20,000 nt of DNA. Source: an uncultured virus (IMG/VR IMGVR_UViG_3300030376_008664) (Duplodnaviria; Heunggongvirae; Uroviricota; Caudoviricetes). Positions within the stretch are counted from its first letter, which is position 1, and each line of letters begins with the position of its first letter. This document shows, one piece after another, positions 9,702-17,249 of this stretch. The notes under the pieces are model-generated. The model did no database searches and was not told the origin of the DNA. It saw only the letters and a program-made list of their open reading frames with translations. Position numbers and translations under genes: made by a program. The stretch lies in the IMG/VR virus record IMGVR_UViG_3300030376_008664; one strand, given 5' to 3'.

Positions 9702-10728
9702 TTCCTAAAACTCTTGCTTTCCATTCTGCCATTCCCTCTAATCTTTCCGCTTCCTGCTTCACTGCCTCCTTTTGCATCTCTGCAATTCTTACCATTGTCT
9801 CTCTTTCTTCTTCTTCTTGAAAAAGTTGCACTATAGACAGAAATGAAGCATTTTCTTTGTTCATCTTCTTCATTCTTTCGCTTCTGTCACCTTGAAGCTT
9901 TTTGGTCAGGTTCTCAATGCGCGTTTCGCATTGATGATACTCCGAACTCTTAGCTTTGATGATTTCAGCCAACCTGATAGACATTTCTTGCTGCTCGTCA
10001 GCATCATCGAACATACTATTTAACTTGTTCAAATGAGCACTGATAACTTCTAAGTTTATGACCTCTTTGCAGACGTTCAGATACAAATTTATTTCATCTG
10101 CCGTTAAATCTGGTTTATCCCAAGTCAATCGAGTAAATTCATGTTCAAACAACACTCGATCCTCTTGATTTAAATAATTGTTAATAATTTTAAGAAATCT
10201 TGAGTTAGAAAAGTTGACTCCGAGTTTTTCTACGCAAATTTGCTTTTGTCTGTTAAGTTTCGATTCATCTAACCCTAAACCTGTGGCATCATTGATTTTT
10301 TTAATGATTCGAGACGGAGACTTCGGTGCAATGTATGAATTAAGAGCGCCTGAATCTTGAGAAGGCAAAATGTCAGGATTTACCTCTCTAATTTGCGACA
10401 AGACAGCTCTTTGCTCATTACTCAACGGTCTGACAGATCTAGACGGGAAAACTATTCGAGCTATCTCTAAAGAAGACAATCCTTCTTCAGCTTGCTGAAT
10501 TATGAAGTCTTTTTGCTCTTTTGTGAATTCTATAGCCTCCACAGGCGCTCTCGCTGTAGTTTTGAAATCTATAGAATTTTCTACTAGAAATTTCCTTACT
10601 GCCCTACCTTCTTTAGACCTTCCGTCTAAAGAATCGTCTTCGAAGCATTGCTTCGTCAGATCAATGAGATCTGGGATCTTTGATGCATTCTCCCTTAAAA
10701 AATCTTTCTGTTCTTTAGTTAGATCCAT
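9679..10728 (-). CDS. Tandem HTH-like plus coiled-coil protein (small-terminase or regulator candidate), 349 aa
   Basis: Repeated motif LTKEQKDFL / FTKEQKDFI, the second followed by GLSSLEIARIVF; helical C-terminus; two genes upstream of terL. Confidence 0.6.
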   Translation of the reverse strand: MDLTKEQKDFLRENASKIPDLIDLTKQCFEDDSLDGRSKEGRAVRKFLVENSIDFKTTARAPVEAIEFTKEQKDFIIQQAEEGLSSLEIARIVFPSRSVRPLSNEQRAVLSQIREVNPDILPSQDSGALNSYIAPKSPSRIIKKINDATGLGLDESKLNRQKQICVEKLGVNFSNSRFLKIINNYLNQEDRVLFEHEFTRLTWDKPDLTADEINLYLNVCKEVINLEVISAHLNKLNSMFDDADEQQEMSIRLAEIIKAKSSEYHQCETRIENLTKKLQGDRSERMKKMNKENASFLSIVQLFQEEEERETMVRIAEMQKEAVKQEAERLEGMAEWKARVLGIGQQDVI

Positions 10729-11389
10729 CTCCTATAATATCTTGGTCCTTAAGTATTTCTATAGCTACCTGTAGGAACTTCTTTTTTAAATTTTTGACTT
10801 GTCTATATCCAAGTTTCCGTTTTTGAGCAGAAATTTTGTAACCCATAAATTTAGCTACGTCTTCTTCGCTGCTTTTATCAAAATACAACATTCTATACGC
10901 AGTATAATGAATATTACTTAAACGAATCTTCATTTGCCCGTTTAATCTTTCTAGGGATACAGAAAAATCAAAGTCTATGTATTCTTTACTTTTTACTTCT
11001 TTTACAAAATCTTCAGTAGATAAAGGAAGTTTTACTTCTAAAGCTGATTTTTTAGTTTTTTCCCATTTTTGACATATAGGACAGGTAGAAGGGTCGTGAT
11101 CTGGCTCATGCTGCTGGGGGCAAGGATTAACATAATTGCCGTAGTGATTTCTCACTAGGTTTCTTATTTGATTGGATATTATTCTACCAATCCAAGGTTC
11201 AAGAGGTCTTTCTTGATCCCACATGTGCCACTTCTTAGAAATGTGCAATTTAATGATTTGCTGAACATCGTCGAAGTCAAACCATTTTACAGCGTTAAGT
11301 CTCCACTTATATTGCTGTTTTTTAATCGCTGCATCAATTACTTCAGAAAAGTCTTCATAAGTATACTCACCCTTCTTTTTTCTTTTCAT
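10715..11389 (-). CDS. Phage-encoded sigma70-family (ECF-like) sigma factor
   Basis: Region 2-like DFDDVQQ...WDQERPLEPWIGRIISNQIRNLVR and region 4-like HTH YRMLYFDKSSEEDVAKFMG. Start placed at ATG 11389 (MKRKKK); the ORF track starts at 11401. Confidence 0.75.
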   Translation of the reverse strand: MKRKKKGEYTYEDFSEVIDAAIKKQQYKWRLNAVKWFDFDDVQQIIKLHISKKWHMWDQERPLEPWIGRIISNQIRNLVRNHYGNYVNPCPQQHEPDHDPSTCPICQKWEKTKKSALEVKLPLSTEDFVKEVKSKEYIDFDFSVSLERLNGQMKIRLSNIHYTAYRMLYFDKSSEEDVAKFMGYKISAQKRKLGYRQVKNLKKKFLQVAIEILKDQDIIGDGSN

Positions 11390-11717
11390 CAATAAATTCA
11401 TTAATAGATCTAGCCCTCTTAGCCCGACCCTGATCGGATTTAGTTGACTCGCCTACTAATGAACCAAAAGTCATAGGACTTTTGTCAGACGCTTGGACTT
11501 CTACTTCAAAATCGGAAATTGTAGGAACGCTCTCTGCATCTGTCTCGTCTTGAGAAATAACTACAGATTTTTCCAGCACAGGCATACCTGCTGAAGTGTT
11601 GGTTGAAGTTGTGGAAGCTAAAGAGTTAAGTTGTATACCACACTTTCCACAAAAATTAGGCTTTGCATTAGCATAAGAAAGTTTCGCACCGCAACTGTGA
11701 CAAAATAGATGAGCCAT
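11367..11717 (-). CDS. Zinc-ribbon protein, 116 aa
   Basis: FCHSCGAKL...NFCGKCG (CxxC...CxxC) followed by a Ser/Thr/acidic tail; overlaps the sigma gene start. Confidence 0.75.
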   Translation of the reverse strand: MAHLFCHSCGAKLSYANAKPNFCGKCGIQLNSLASTTSTNTSAGMPVLEKSVVISQDETDAESVPTISDFEVEVQASDKSPMTFGSLVGESTKSDQGRAKRARSINEFIDEKKKEG

Positions 11718-11725
11718 ACTATATA

Positions 11726-11753
11726 TTTATATAATTAAAATTAAATTTTTCAA
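11726..11753 (-). promoter_or_regulatory. Possible sigma70-type promoter for the zinc-ribbon/sigma operon
   Basis: Minus strand TTGAAA(11753-11748)-16 nt-TATAAA(11731-11726)-8 nt-ATG. The context is very AT-rich, so a chance match is possible. Confidence 0.4.
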
Positions 11754-11841
11754 AAAAAGAAAAAACAAGGCTTGTGTCTTTTATGTTTGTAGCAGTTCGC
11801 CGCTTGCGCGTAACACTTTTTTCTTGCTTTAATATATAATA

Positions 11842-12558
11842 TTACACTTTCTTACCTTTTTCTAACTTAGAAATGATAAATTTTAATATTTTGCTTCTAA
11901 CAATATCATTCTTAGTGAATGAAAAACAACTTATCCCGTTGTCTTTCGATTCATCATCGGAAAATATGTCAAACATATCTTTAAAACCTGTTTTTACATT
12001 GATATCGCTTTGCATAAAGTCTCCACAGACAACTACCTTCGTATCTTCTCCTATACGAGTGATTAATGTAGTTAATTCTTTGAACGTAAAGTTTTGAGCT
12101 TCATCGGCCACAATTAACTTGTTGTTCCAGTTAGCGCCCCTCAAAAAGTTTATAGGTATAGCAGATACTCTTTCTTTCTGTTTCAAGAACGCTGTATCTC
12201 CCTCATGTATTATTTCTTCCAATTTATCATATAGAGGTAGAGTGAAAGGGTTAAACTTTTCAGACATATCTCCAGGAAGACTCCCTAATCCTTTGTCTGC
12301 GCTTTCTACAATGCTTCTGATGTAAAGAAGGTCTTTCTCGTTATCTTCAGCCATTAAACGTAAACAACCATATAAAGACATGTATGTTTTACTAGAACCC
12401 GCTGGCCCAGACACAAACATGATTTTTACTTCAGGATCTAGTAGAGTCGCTAGAAATTTGCGTTGATTCGGGGTAAACTTAAATTTCCTCTCTTTAAATT
12501 TAATAGAGAAGAATGTATGAGGCTCTAGACGAAAATTAGACAATTTTTTAAGTGCCAT
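11842..12558 (-). CDS. phoH: PhoH-family ATPase, 238 aa
   Basis: TPNQ, GPAGSSKT, LGSLPGD..EK, PINFLRG, IVADEAQN, LITRIGE, GDFMQSD, DIVRS form the full PhoH motif set. Confidence 0.92.
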   Translation of the reverse strand: MALKKLSNFRLEPHTFFSIKFKERKFKFTPNQRKFLATLLDPEVKIMFVSGPAGSSKTYMSLYGCLRLMAEDNEKDLLYIRSIVESADKGLGSLPGDMSEKFNPFTLPLYDKLEEIIHEGDTAFLKQKERVSAIPINFLRGANWNNKLIVADEAQNFTFKELTTLITRIGEDTKVVVCGDFMQSDINVKTGFKDMFDIFSDDESKDNGISCFSFTKNDIVRSKILKFIISKLEKGKKV

Positions 12559-12572
12559 ATGTAATATACTAT

Positions 12573-12577
12573 TACAC
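12573..12577 (-). promoter_or_regulatory. GTGTA candidate late-promoter motif
   Basis: Minus strand reads CAGTGTAATAGTATATTACAT-ATG, 14 nt before the phoH start, inside a 24-nt intergenic gap. Confidence 0.55.
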
Positions 12578-12582
12578 TGAAA

Positions 12583-13440
12583 TTATAATTTAATCTGTTT
12601 AATTGTAGCGCTTGTCGTTAAAGTTTCTCCTCCTTGCGTAGAAAAGGACTCCGCTAGTAATCTAGACCCATTTGTAAAAGAAATTAGATCCTTAATCTCT
12701 TTCATCACAACAGTGCCACCTATACCACAAAGATTAACTATCAAAGGAGTTGTCAAACGATCTCCACTAAAGTTTATTAGATTTTGTAATCCAGTAGAAT
12801 CAATGCTCACTTCTTCTTCAACACCATCCAAAAGCATTTCTGAAGCATTTACAGAACCAATACCATAAACTGGAGTTCGGTTATAGCTTCTTTTAAAACT
12901 TATTTGGCTTTGAGTGTTATTTAAAACATTTGTAGGAGCAGATCTAAAACTGCAAGTGTGACCGTAAGCCACAGCATCACTATGTGTCGTTATACCTATT
13001 CCTTGATAAACGTTTGGATCTCCACTGATTTGTTGATCAGTCGCAGGATCTAAAGAAACAAAATTAGCCTTCAGTGTCACAGGGGCGAATGGAACGACAT
13101 CTACAGAAACATCTGTAGCGTAACATTTGCCATAAAGACCACTTCCTAATTGAATCGATACAAAATTATCTTGGTTTGCATCTTCTAAAAATTTCAATCC
13201 AGACAGCATCCCTGTATGTAGAATACAATCAACTGATATATCAGCAGTAAGAGCGTTATTAAATCCAAACTGATCATCAGAGGCTATTGTTTTTCCTTGT
13301 TTACGTTTGGGGCTATGATTTGTATTGTAATTTACACTGGCTTGAGTGGCGGGTATATAACCCGTTACTTCATTAATCAAAGTCTTCCCTACTCCAACTT
13401 GTCCAATATAAACAGGAAACTCACTATATGATAAACTCAT
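12583..13440 (-). CDS. Putative virion structural protein (tail-tube/hub-like), 285 aa
   Basis: Ser/Thr/Gly/Val-rich beta composition. QISFKRSYNRTPVYGIGS...EEEVSID resembles tail-tube-fold strands; has its own GTGTA motif. Confidence 0.5.
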   Translation of the reverse strand: MSLSYSEFPVYIGQVGVGKTLINEVTGYIPATQASVNYNTNHSPKRKQGKTIASDDQFGFNNALTADISVDCILHTGMLSGLKFLEDANQDNFVSIQLGSGLYGKCYATDVSVDVVPFAPVTLKANFVSLDPATDQQISGDPNVYQGIGITTHSDAVAYGHTCSFRSAPTNVLNNTQSQISFKRSYNRTPVYGIGSVNASEMLLDGVEEEVSIDSTGLQNLINFSGDRLTTPLIVNLCGIGGTVVMKEIKDLISFTNGSRLLAESFSTQGGETLTTSATIKQIKL

Positions 13441-13450
13441 TTGTTTAATT

Positions 13451-13455
13451 TACAC
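13451..13455 (-). promoter_or_regulatory. GTGTA candidate late-promoter motif
   Basis: Minus strand reads GAGTGTAAATTAAACAA-ATG, 10 nt before the start at 13440, inside a 19-nt intergenic gap. Confidence 0.55.
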
Positions 13456-13459
13456 TCTT

Positions 13460-13621
13460 TTATTGATTACCAACTACCATAAGGCCAAAATTTGCCGTAG
13501 CATATGATATCCAGATCACACCCCAACCATAATCTTTCTTCATGAAATACGCCACAGCCACAACCCCATACATCAATCCCGCCAACAAAGGCACATACTT
13601 TGTTATGATGTCAAGAGTCAT
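13460..13621 (-). CDS. Small two-TM membrane protein, 53 aa
   Basis: MTLDIITKYVPLLAGLMYGVVAVAYFMKKDYGWGVIWISYATANFGLMVVGNQ has two hydrophobic helices. ATG 13621 overlaps the end of the upstream gene by 11 nt. Confidence 0.65.
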   Translation of the reverse strand: MTLDIITKYVPLLAGLMYGVVAVAYFMKKDYGWGVIWISYATANFGLMVVGNQ

Positions 13622-14867
13622 GAGTTTTAAATCTTTCAGGATAGAGACCCTCAAGTTTCTGGTAATGTAGCTTTACTTCATTTAAATCAAGATCGCGACT
13701 ACCCCTGCTCATATTCTCTTTAGCGCAGAGAGGTCTTAAATTACTCCAGTGATTAGGCCCAATCTGTTCATCACCTTCGGCCCCTTTAATATAAAAAGGA
13801 TTAATATGTTTATTCTTCTCCCACAAACAAAGAGGAATAAGGTGATCTATATGCCACGCGCCTTCATGGTCTAGATTTGAACCAGCGCCATAATTCTTTT
13901 CATTCATCCAATCTTCTGACAAATCTTCAAGAAGCTCTACAAGTTGCTTGCTGGTAACTTGCGTCCTTTTGTTCCATAACGATGGGCTTTTTCCCCCAAA
14001 AGCAGTTTGTATGTACTGCTTTAATCTATTTCGTATTCTTCTGGCATAGATGTATTTAGGATTTTTTTCTAGTTCTCTTTTTCTTTTTTTTGCTTCGGGG
14101 CTTTTAGCTCTAGCAAGGCAATACTCCTTGTTTTCTACATAATATTTTTTAGCTTTTGCCCTTTCACAATCTAAACACTCCCATGAATTACCTTGCTTAT
14201 TGTTTCTGAAATCATCCCAGTTTTTAATTAAACCACACCTTACACAACATCTTCTCTTTTCAATTAAATGGTTTCCAAATCTAGGTTCTCCATTATCTGT
14301 AAATCTAACCCAACCCTCTTTATGTAATTCATTTAATCTCTCTTCGCTTAACTCATGTTTCTTATTTCCCATATAAGATATCTGCGGAACTCCATTAATG
14401 ATGTCGTGCCAGAGTTTAAGTAAAGCTTCAAAATCTTTCCTTAAGATAAATAAAGTTTTTTGTAAATGGAGCCTCATTCCATCAGGAACACCCATTTCAA
14501 ACAAAAAAGTCCCATTTCTAATCTTTATCCAATCTCTCCCCCTTTTTGCCCGATCTCTCCCTTTTAAAGTGTTGTTTACAATGCCTTTCTCGGCAAGAAT
14601 GTCCATCACTTGGTGCATACTTAAAATTTCATCTCTTTTTAATTCGCAGCTATCCCAAAATTTTTTCTCAAAGTCTTTTGCATATAGCTCTATAGAAACG
14701 TGATAAATGAATCCTTTCCGACAAATCAAACTTTCGGGCTTATAGCAGTCTTCGCAAATATCTTTATTTATCTTAAACTCTTTTTCGAACCAAACAGTTT
14801 CTTGGATCTTCTGTTTAACGAAGAAGCTTTTTCTTTTTTTGTTTTCCCCACATATTATACAACTCAT
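13611..14867 (-). CDS. HNH-type (putative homing) endonuclease with Zn-binding motifs, 418 aa
   Basis: C-terminal NYG...WHIDHLIPL...NHWSNLRPLCAKENMSRG (beta-beta-alpha-metal); CxxC pairs CIIC/CEDC and CVRC/CLDC; basic linker. Confidence 0.8.
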   Translation of the reverse strand: MSCIICGENKKRKSFFVKQKIQETVWFEKEFKINKDICEDCYKPESLICRKGFIYHVSIELYAKDFEKKFWDSCELKRDEILSMHQVMDILAEKGIVNNTLKGRDRAKRGRDWIKIRNGTFLFEMGVPDGMRLHLQKTLFILRKDFEALLKLWHDIINGVPQISYMGNKKHELSEERLNELHKEGWVRFTDNGEPRFGNHLIEKRRCCVRCGLIKNWDDFRNNKQGNSWECLDCERAKAKKYYVENKEYCLARAKSPEAKKRKRELEKNPKYIYARRIRNRLKQYIQTAFGGKSPSLWNKRTQVTSKQLVELLEDLSEDWMNEKNYGAGSNLDHEGAWHIDHLIPLCLWEKNKHINPFYIKGAEGDEQIGPNHWSNLRPLCAKENMSRGSRDLDLNEVKLHYQKLEGLYPERFKTHDS

Positions 14868-15133
14868 CTGTTTATTTTGGGGGCATGAATATTTTTTTCA
14901 ATTTTATTTATGAGAATTTTTTTGATCATCTGCCGCAGGACAAATAGGGAGGGGTGTGCTTCTGCGTTTACGTTTAACGGTTTGTCAGAACGTCATTGAC
15001 AGATTGATAAATACCTCCCCCCGCCGCTTTGCCACGCAAACGCAAACTAATTTTTTGAGAATTAGGGTAGGGTCTCATGGGGGTGTCAAGTCTTTTTTAA
15101 ATAAAAAAAATAAATAAAAGAGCAAAAAAAACC

Positions 15134-15162
15134 TTGCAATAAACTCCGAGGTGTGCTATACT
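15134..15162 (+). promoter_or_regulatory. Early promoter P1
   Basis: TTGCAA-17-TATACT with extended TG; ATG 6 nt later; A-tract upstream. Confidence 0.85.
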
Positions 15163-15168
15163 ACTCAC

Positions 15169-15369
15169 ATGACAAAGACAAACAAGATCAGGATCACCCG
15201 TTACTCTCACGCCAACCAGTATGACAACGACCATTGCGGCATCATCATCAACAAGGACAAATCAAAAGCTTTCGTGGCTGTCCACGTTGCAGAGATGGCT
15301 TACAAGTGCGTAGACATCTCAAGAGAAGACGCGCTGAAGATTCTCAAGACAATGAAAGCCGAGGCATAA
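15169..15369 (+). CDS. Hypothetical early protein, 66 aa (MTKTNKIR...)
   Basis: ORF track frame, start re-assigned to the ATG at the P1 +1 position. Confidence 0.75.
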   Translation: MTKTNKIRITRYSHANQYDNDHCGIIINKDKSKAFVAVHVAEMAYKCVDISREDALKILKTMKAEA

Positions 15370-15386
15370 AAAGATCAAAAAAAGAC

Positions 15387-15415
15387 TTGATTAACTTTAG
15401 AATCCACACTATACT
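15387..15415 (+). promoter_or_regulatory. Early promoter P2
   Basis: TTGATT-17-TATACT-6-ATG. Confidence 0.85.
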
Positions 15416-15421
15416 ACACCC

Positions 15422-15619
15422 ATGACAGAAATTAATACTTCCCTAGTCTCCGATCTTACATTCGTTGAAATCGCTGATACTCTTCGCCCTGATCAGTGGG
15501 CTGATTGGTATGTAGAATTCTCTTACAAAGGTAAAGACTACGAAGGCTCTTTACAGGCTGGAGTTCACAACGCAGAAGATTTTCATCACGATCTCATCGA
15601 ATACGTCGAAGAAAAATAA
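15422..15619 (+). CDS. Hypothetical acidic early protein, 65 aa
   Basis: ORF track; begins at the P2 +1 position. Confidence 0.75.
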   Translation: MTEINTSLVSDLTFVEIADTLRPDQWADWYVEFSYKGKDYEGSLQAGVHNAEDFHHDLIEYVEEK

Positions 15620-15641
15620 TTCATTTAATAGCAAAAAAAAC

Positions 15642-15670
15642 TTGCATCACTCAAAAAAATCAACTATACT
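15642..15670 (+). promoter_or_regulatory. Early promoter P3
   Basis: TTGCAT-17-TATACT-6-ATG. Confidence 0.85.
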
Positions 15671-15676
15671 ACCCAC

Positions 15677-15850
15677 ATGACCGCAACAGAAGAAGCACTA
15701 GCAGCAATGGCCAAAGCAGAAGAAGCATGGAACAAATTGGCAGAGGAAACCGTCAAGGTTTCAGAGCAATTCGCAAAAGAATGCGAAGCCTTCCAGAAAC
15801 AACAATACAAATGGTTTCTTGAAATGCAAGAGCGTAAAAACGCAAAATAA
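15677..15850 (+). CDS. Hypothetical helical early protein, 57 aa
   Basis: Below the ORF-track cutoff. Manual translation MTATEEALAAMAKAEEAWNKLAEETVKVSEQFAKECEAFQKQQYKWFLEMQERKNAK*; starts at P3 +1. Confidence 0.75.
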   Translation: MTATEEALAAMAKAEEAWNKLAEETVKVSEQFAKECEAFQKQQYKWFLEMQERKNAK

Positions 15851-15853
15851 TCC

Positions 15854-15881
15854 TTGCACTAATCCAAAATTCAACTATACT
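15854..15881 (+). promoter_or_regulatory. Early promoter P4
   Basis: TTGCAC-16-TATACT-6-ATG. Confidence 0.85.
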
Positions 15882-15887
15882 ACCCAC

Positions 15888-16163
15888 ATGACAGCAAACA
15901 AAGAACACCAGTCAGCAAACTACGACCGCACCGCAACATGGGATGATGGTCGCACAGTTAACTACAACGAACACTTCGAGGTCGAGGGCTTCACCAAGGT
16001 CACCGACATCTGGCCTTCCGAAAGTTCTATAGCTCGCAACAAAGAGCAGCGGGAAGCATTAGGCGGTGGCAAGTCCTATGGTCACCGCTACCACTCTAAC
16101 CAGAGACAAGACTGGTATGTGGACTTCGACGCAAAAGCTTTCTGGGCTGATGATAATGTCTAA
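15888..16163 (+). CDS. Hypothetical early protein, 91 aa (MTANKEHQ...)
   Basis: ORF track frame, start re-assigned to the ATG after P4. Confidence 0.75.
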   Translation: MTANKEHQSANYDRTATWDDGRTVNYNEHFEVEGFTKVTDIWPSESSIARNKEQREALGGGKSYGHRYHSNQRQDWYVDFDAKAFWADDNV

Positions 16164-16171
16164 AAAAAAAC

Positions 16172-16200
16172 TTTACTAATCTCTAAAACTAAACTACACT
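16172..16200 (+). promoter_or_regulatory. Early promoter P5
   Basis: TTTACT-17-TACACT-6-ATG, with the same ACCCAC spacer as P3 and P4. Confidence 0.75.
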
Positions 16201-16206
16201 ACCCAC

Positions 16207-16461
16207 ATGAAAAAGATATTCTCTATCATAAACCACTTCGTTGATCGCTTCCTCATGTCCATGATGATATGCGTGAGCTTCAACCTCGCAGTAATCTGCA
16301 TCGCTGTTCTAGTCGGTGCTGGCCCCGCACTCTTCACTAGCGTCCTTCACGGATGGGATGGCCCCGACTTCCTCGCTGTCATGTTTATACCAAGCACTGT
16401 TGGCGCAGTTCTCCTAGTGATAGGGGATGTGATCCTAAAGAGACTCTACGCAAAATCTTGA
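16207..16461 (+). CDS. Two-TM membrane protein, 84 aa
   Basis: ORF track; two long hydrophobic segments with basic termini. Confidence 0.75.
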   Translation: MKKIFSIINHFVDRFLMSMMICVSFNLAVICIAVLVGAGPALFTSVLHGWDGPDFLAVMFIPSTVGAVLLVIGDVILKRLYAKS

Positions 16462-16485
16462 TGGGGTAACCTGTCGCTGTCATGG

Positions 16486-16522
16486 AGCCTCGTCACCCGA
16501 AGGGTGGCGGGGCTTTTCCTTT
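16486..16522 (+). terminator. Rho-independent terminator
   Basis: AGCCTCGTCACCC-GAA-GGGTGGCGGGGCT (13-bp stem, two G-U pairs) followed by TTTCCTTT. Confidence 0.8.
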
Positions 16523-16583
16523 GCAAATAAACTTAAAAAAAAACTTGACAAGGCAGCTAGTCGGTGGTATGAGAAAACCCTCG

Positions 16584-16658
16584 TAACTCACTGATAGTCA
16601 ACGAGTTAGGAGGCGCGGCCCCCCGCCCCCGCCTAAGTGCTTGATACTCAATGACTTA
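16584..16658. repeat. 75-bp double-palindrome element, copy R1
   Basis: TAACTCACTGATAGTCAACGAGTTA + 25-bp GC spacer + TAAGTGCTTGATACTCAATGACTTA. Confidence 0.9.
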
Positions 16659-16697
16659 CAACACCTAAAAAAAATGCGTAATAACGCAAAAAAAAGC

Positions 16698-16726
16698 TTG
16701 CGTTTATCCCAAATCTAGCCTATACT
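16698..16726 (+). promoter_or_regulatory. Early promoter P6
   Basis: TTGCGT-17-TATACT-9-ATG. Confidence 0.8.
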
Positions 16727-16735
16727 TACAGAGTA

Positions 16736-16996
16736 ATGAAAATGAAAAAAGAAAGCGAAATCCCGTTCTATGTCATCATCTCCAAATCCAAAGGGGGCGA
16801 AGAGTTCGCTTGGGGTGGAAGCAACAACCTAAAAAAGACCGAACGCATCTTGGTTAATCCTTTCGCTTTTCCCGAGGGAAAATACAAGCGTGTTGAAAAG
16901 TTCGCCAACCGTGCGGAGGCGTATGCCTCGCAGTGGAAGCGTGGTCTTGAGATCGCTTGCGGTCGCTTCAATTGGAGACCTTTAACCGAGCGTTAA
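16736..16996 (+). CDS. Hypothetical early protein, 86 aa
   Basis: ORF track; follows P6. Confidence 0.75.
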   Translation: MKMKKESEIPFYVIISKSKGGEEFAWGGSNNLKKTERILVNPFAFPEGKYKRVEKFANRAEAYASQWKRGLEIACGRFNWRPLTER

Positions 16997-17016
16997 AAAA
17001 AATAAATTAATTAGAT

Positions 17017-17187
17017 ATGAAAAAAAAGATGATTGTTAAGTTGTTTTCAAAAGGTGGAATCCTTCTCTTCTCGCATGAGTGTGAGGGTGTTTCAAGTCTC
17101 GAAGTCGGGCAAGAGTTAGCTGAAAAGCCCTTCTTCTCAAAGTATATGGATGAATGGGGCTGCAATATGGTTGTAAGCCCTCTTTAA
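17017..17187 (+). CDS. Hypothetical early protein, 56 aa
   Basis: Below the ORF-track cutoff. Manual translation MKKKMIVKLFSKGGILLFSHECEGVSSLEVGQELAEKPFFSKYMDEWGCNMVVSPL*; fills the gap between the preceding gene and P7. Confidence 0.65.
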   Translation: MKKKMIVKLFSKGGILLFSHECEGVSSLEVGQELAEKPFFSKYMDEWGCNMVVSPL

Positions 17188-17215
17188 AAAAAGTGTTAAA
17201 AACGCAAAAAAAGAT

Positions 17216-17243
17216 TTGCAATCAGACCAACTCCTGCTACTAT
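17216..17243 (+). promoter_or_regulatory. Early promoter P7
   Basis: TTGCAA-16-TACTAT with extended TG, then 6 nt and ATG. Confidence 0.75.
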
Positions 17244-17249
17244 ACACAC

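Noticed and set aside
11724..11731. T4-type late promoter TATAAATA upstream of the zinc-ribbon gene
   Set aside because: Single occurrence in very AT-rich DNA and not found before the structural genes, which share GTGTA instead.
6908..12558. Alternative genetic code suggested by Ser in both Walker A motifs
   Set aside because: Two different Ser codons are used, and all long genes translate intact with the standard code using TAA, TAG and TGA stops.
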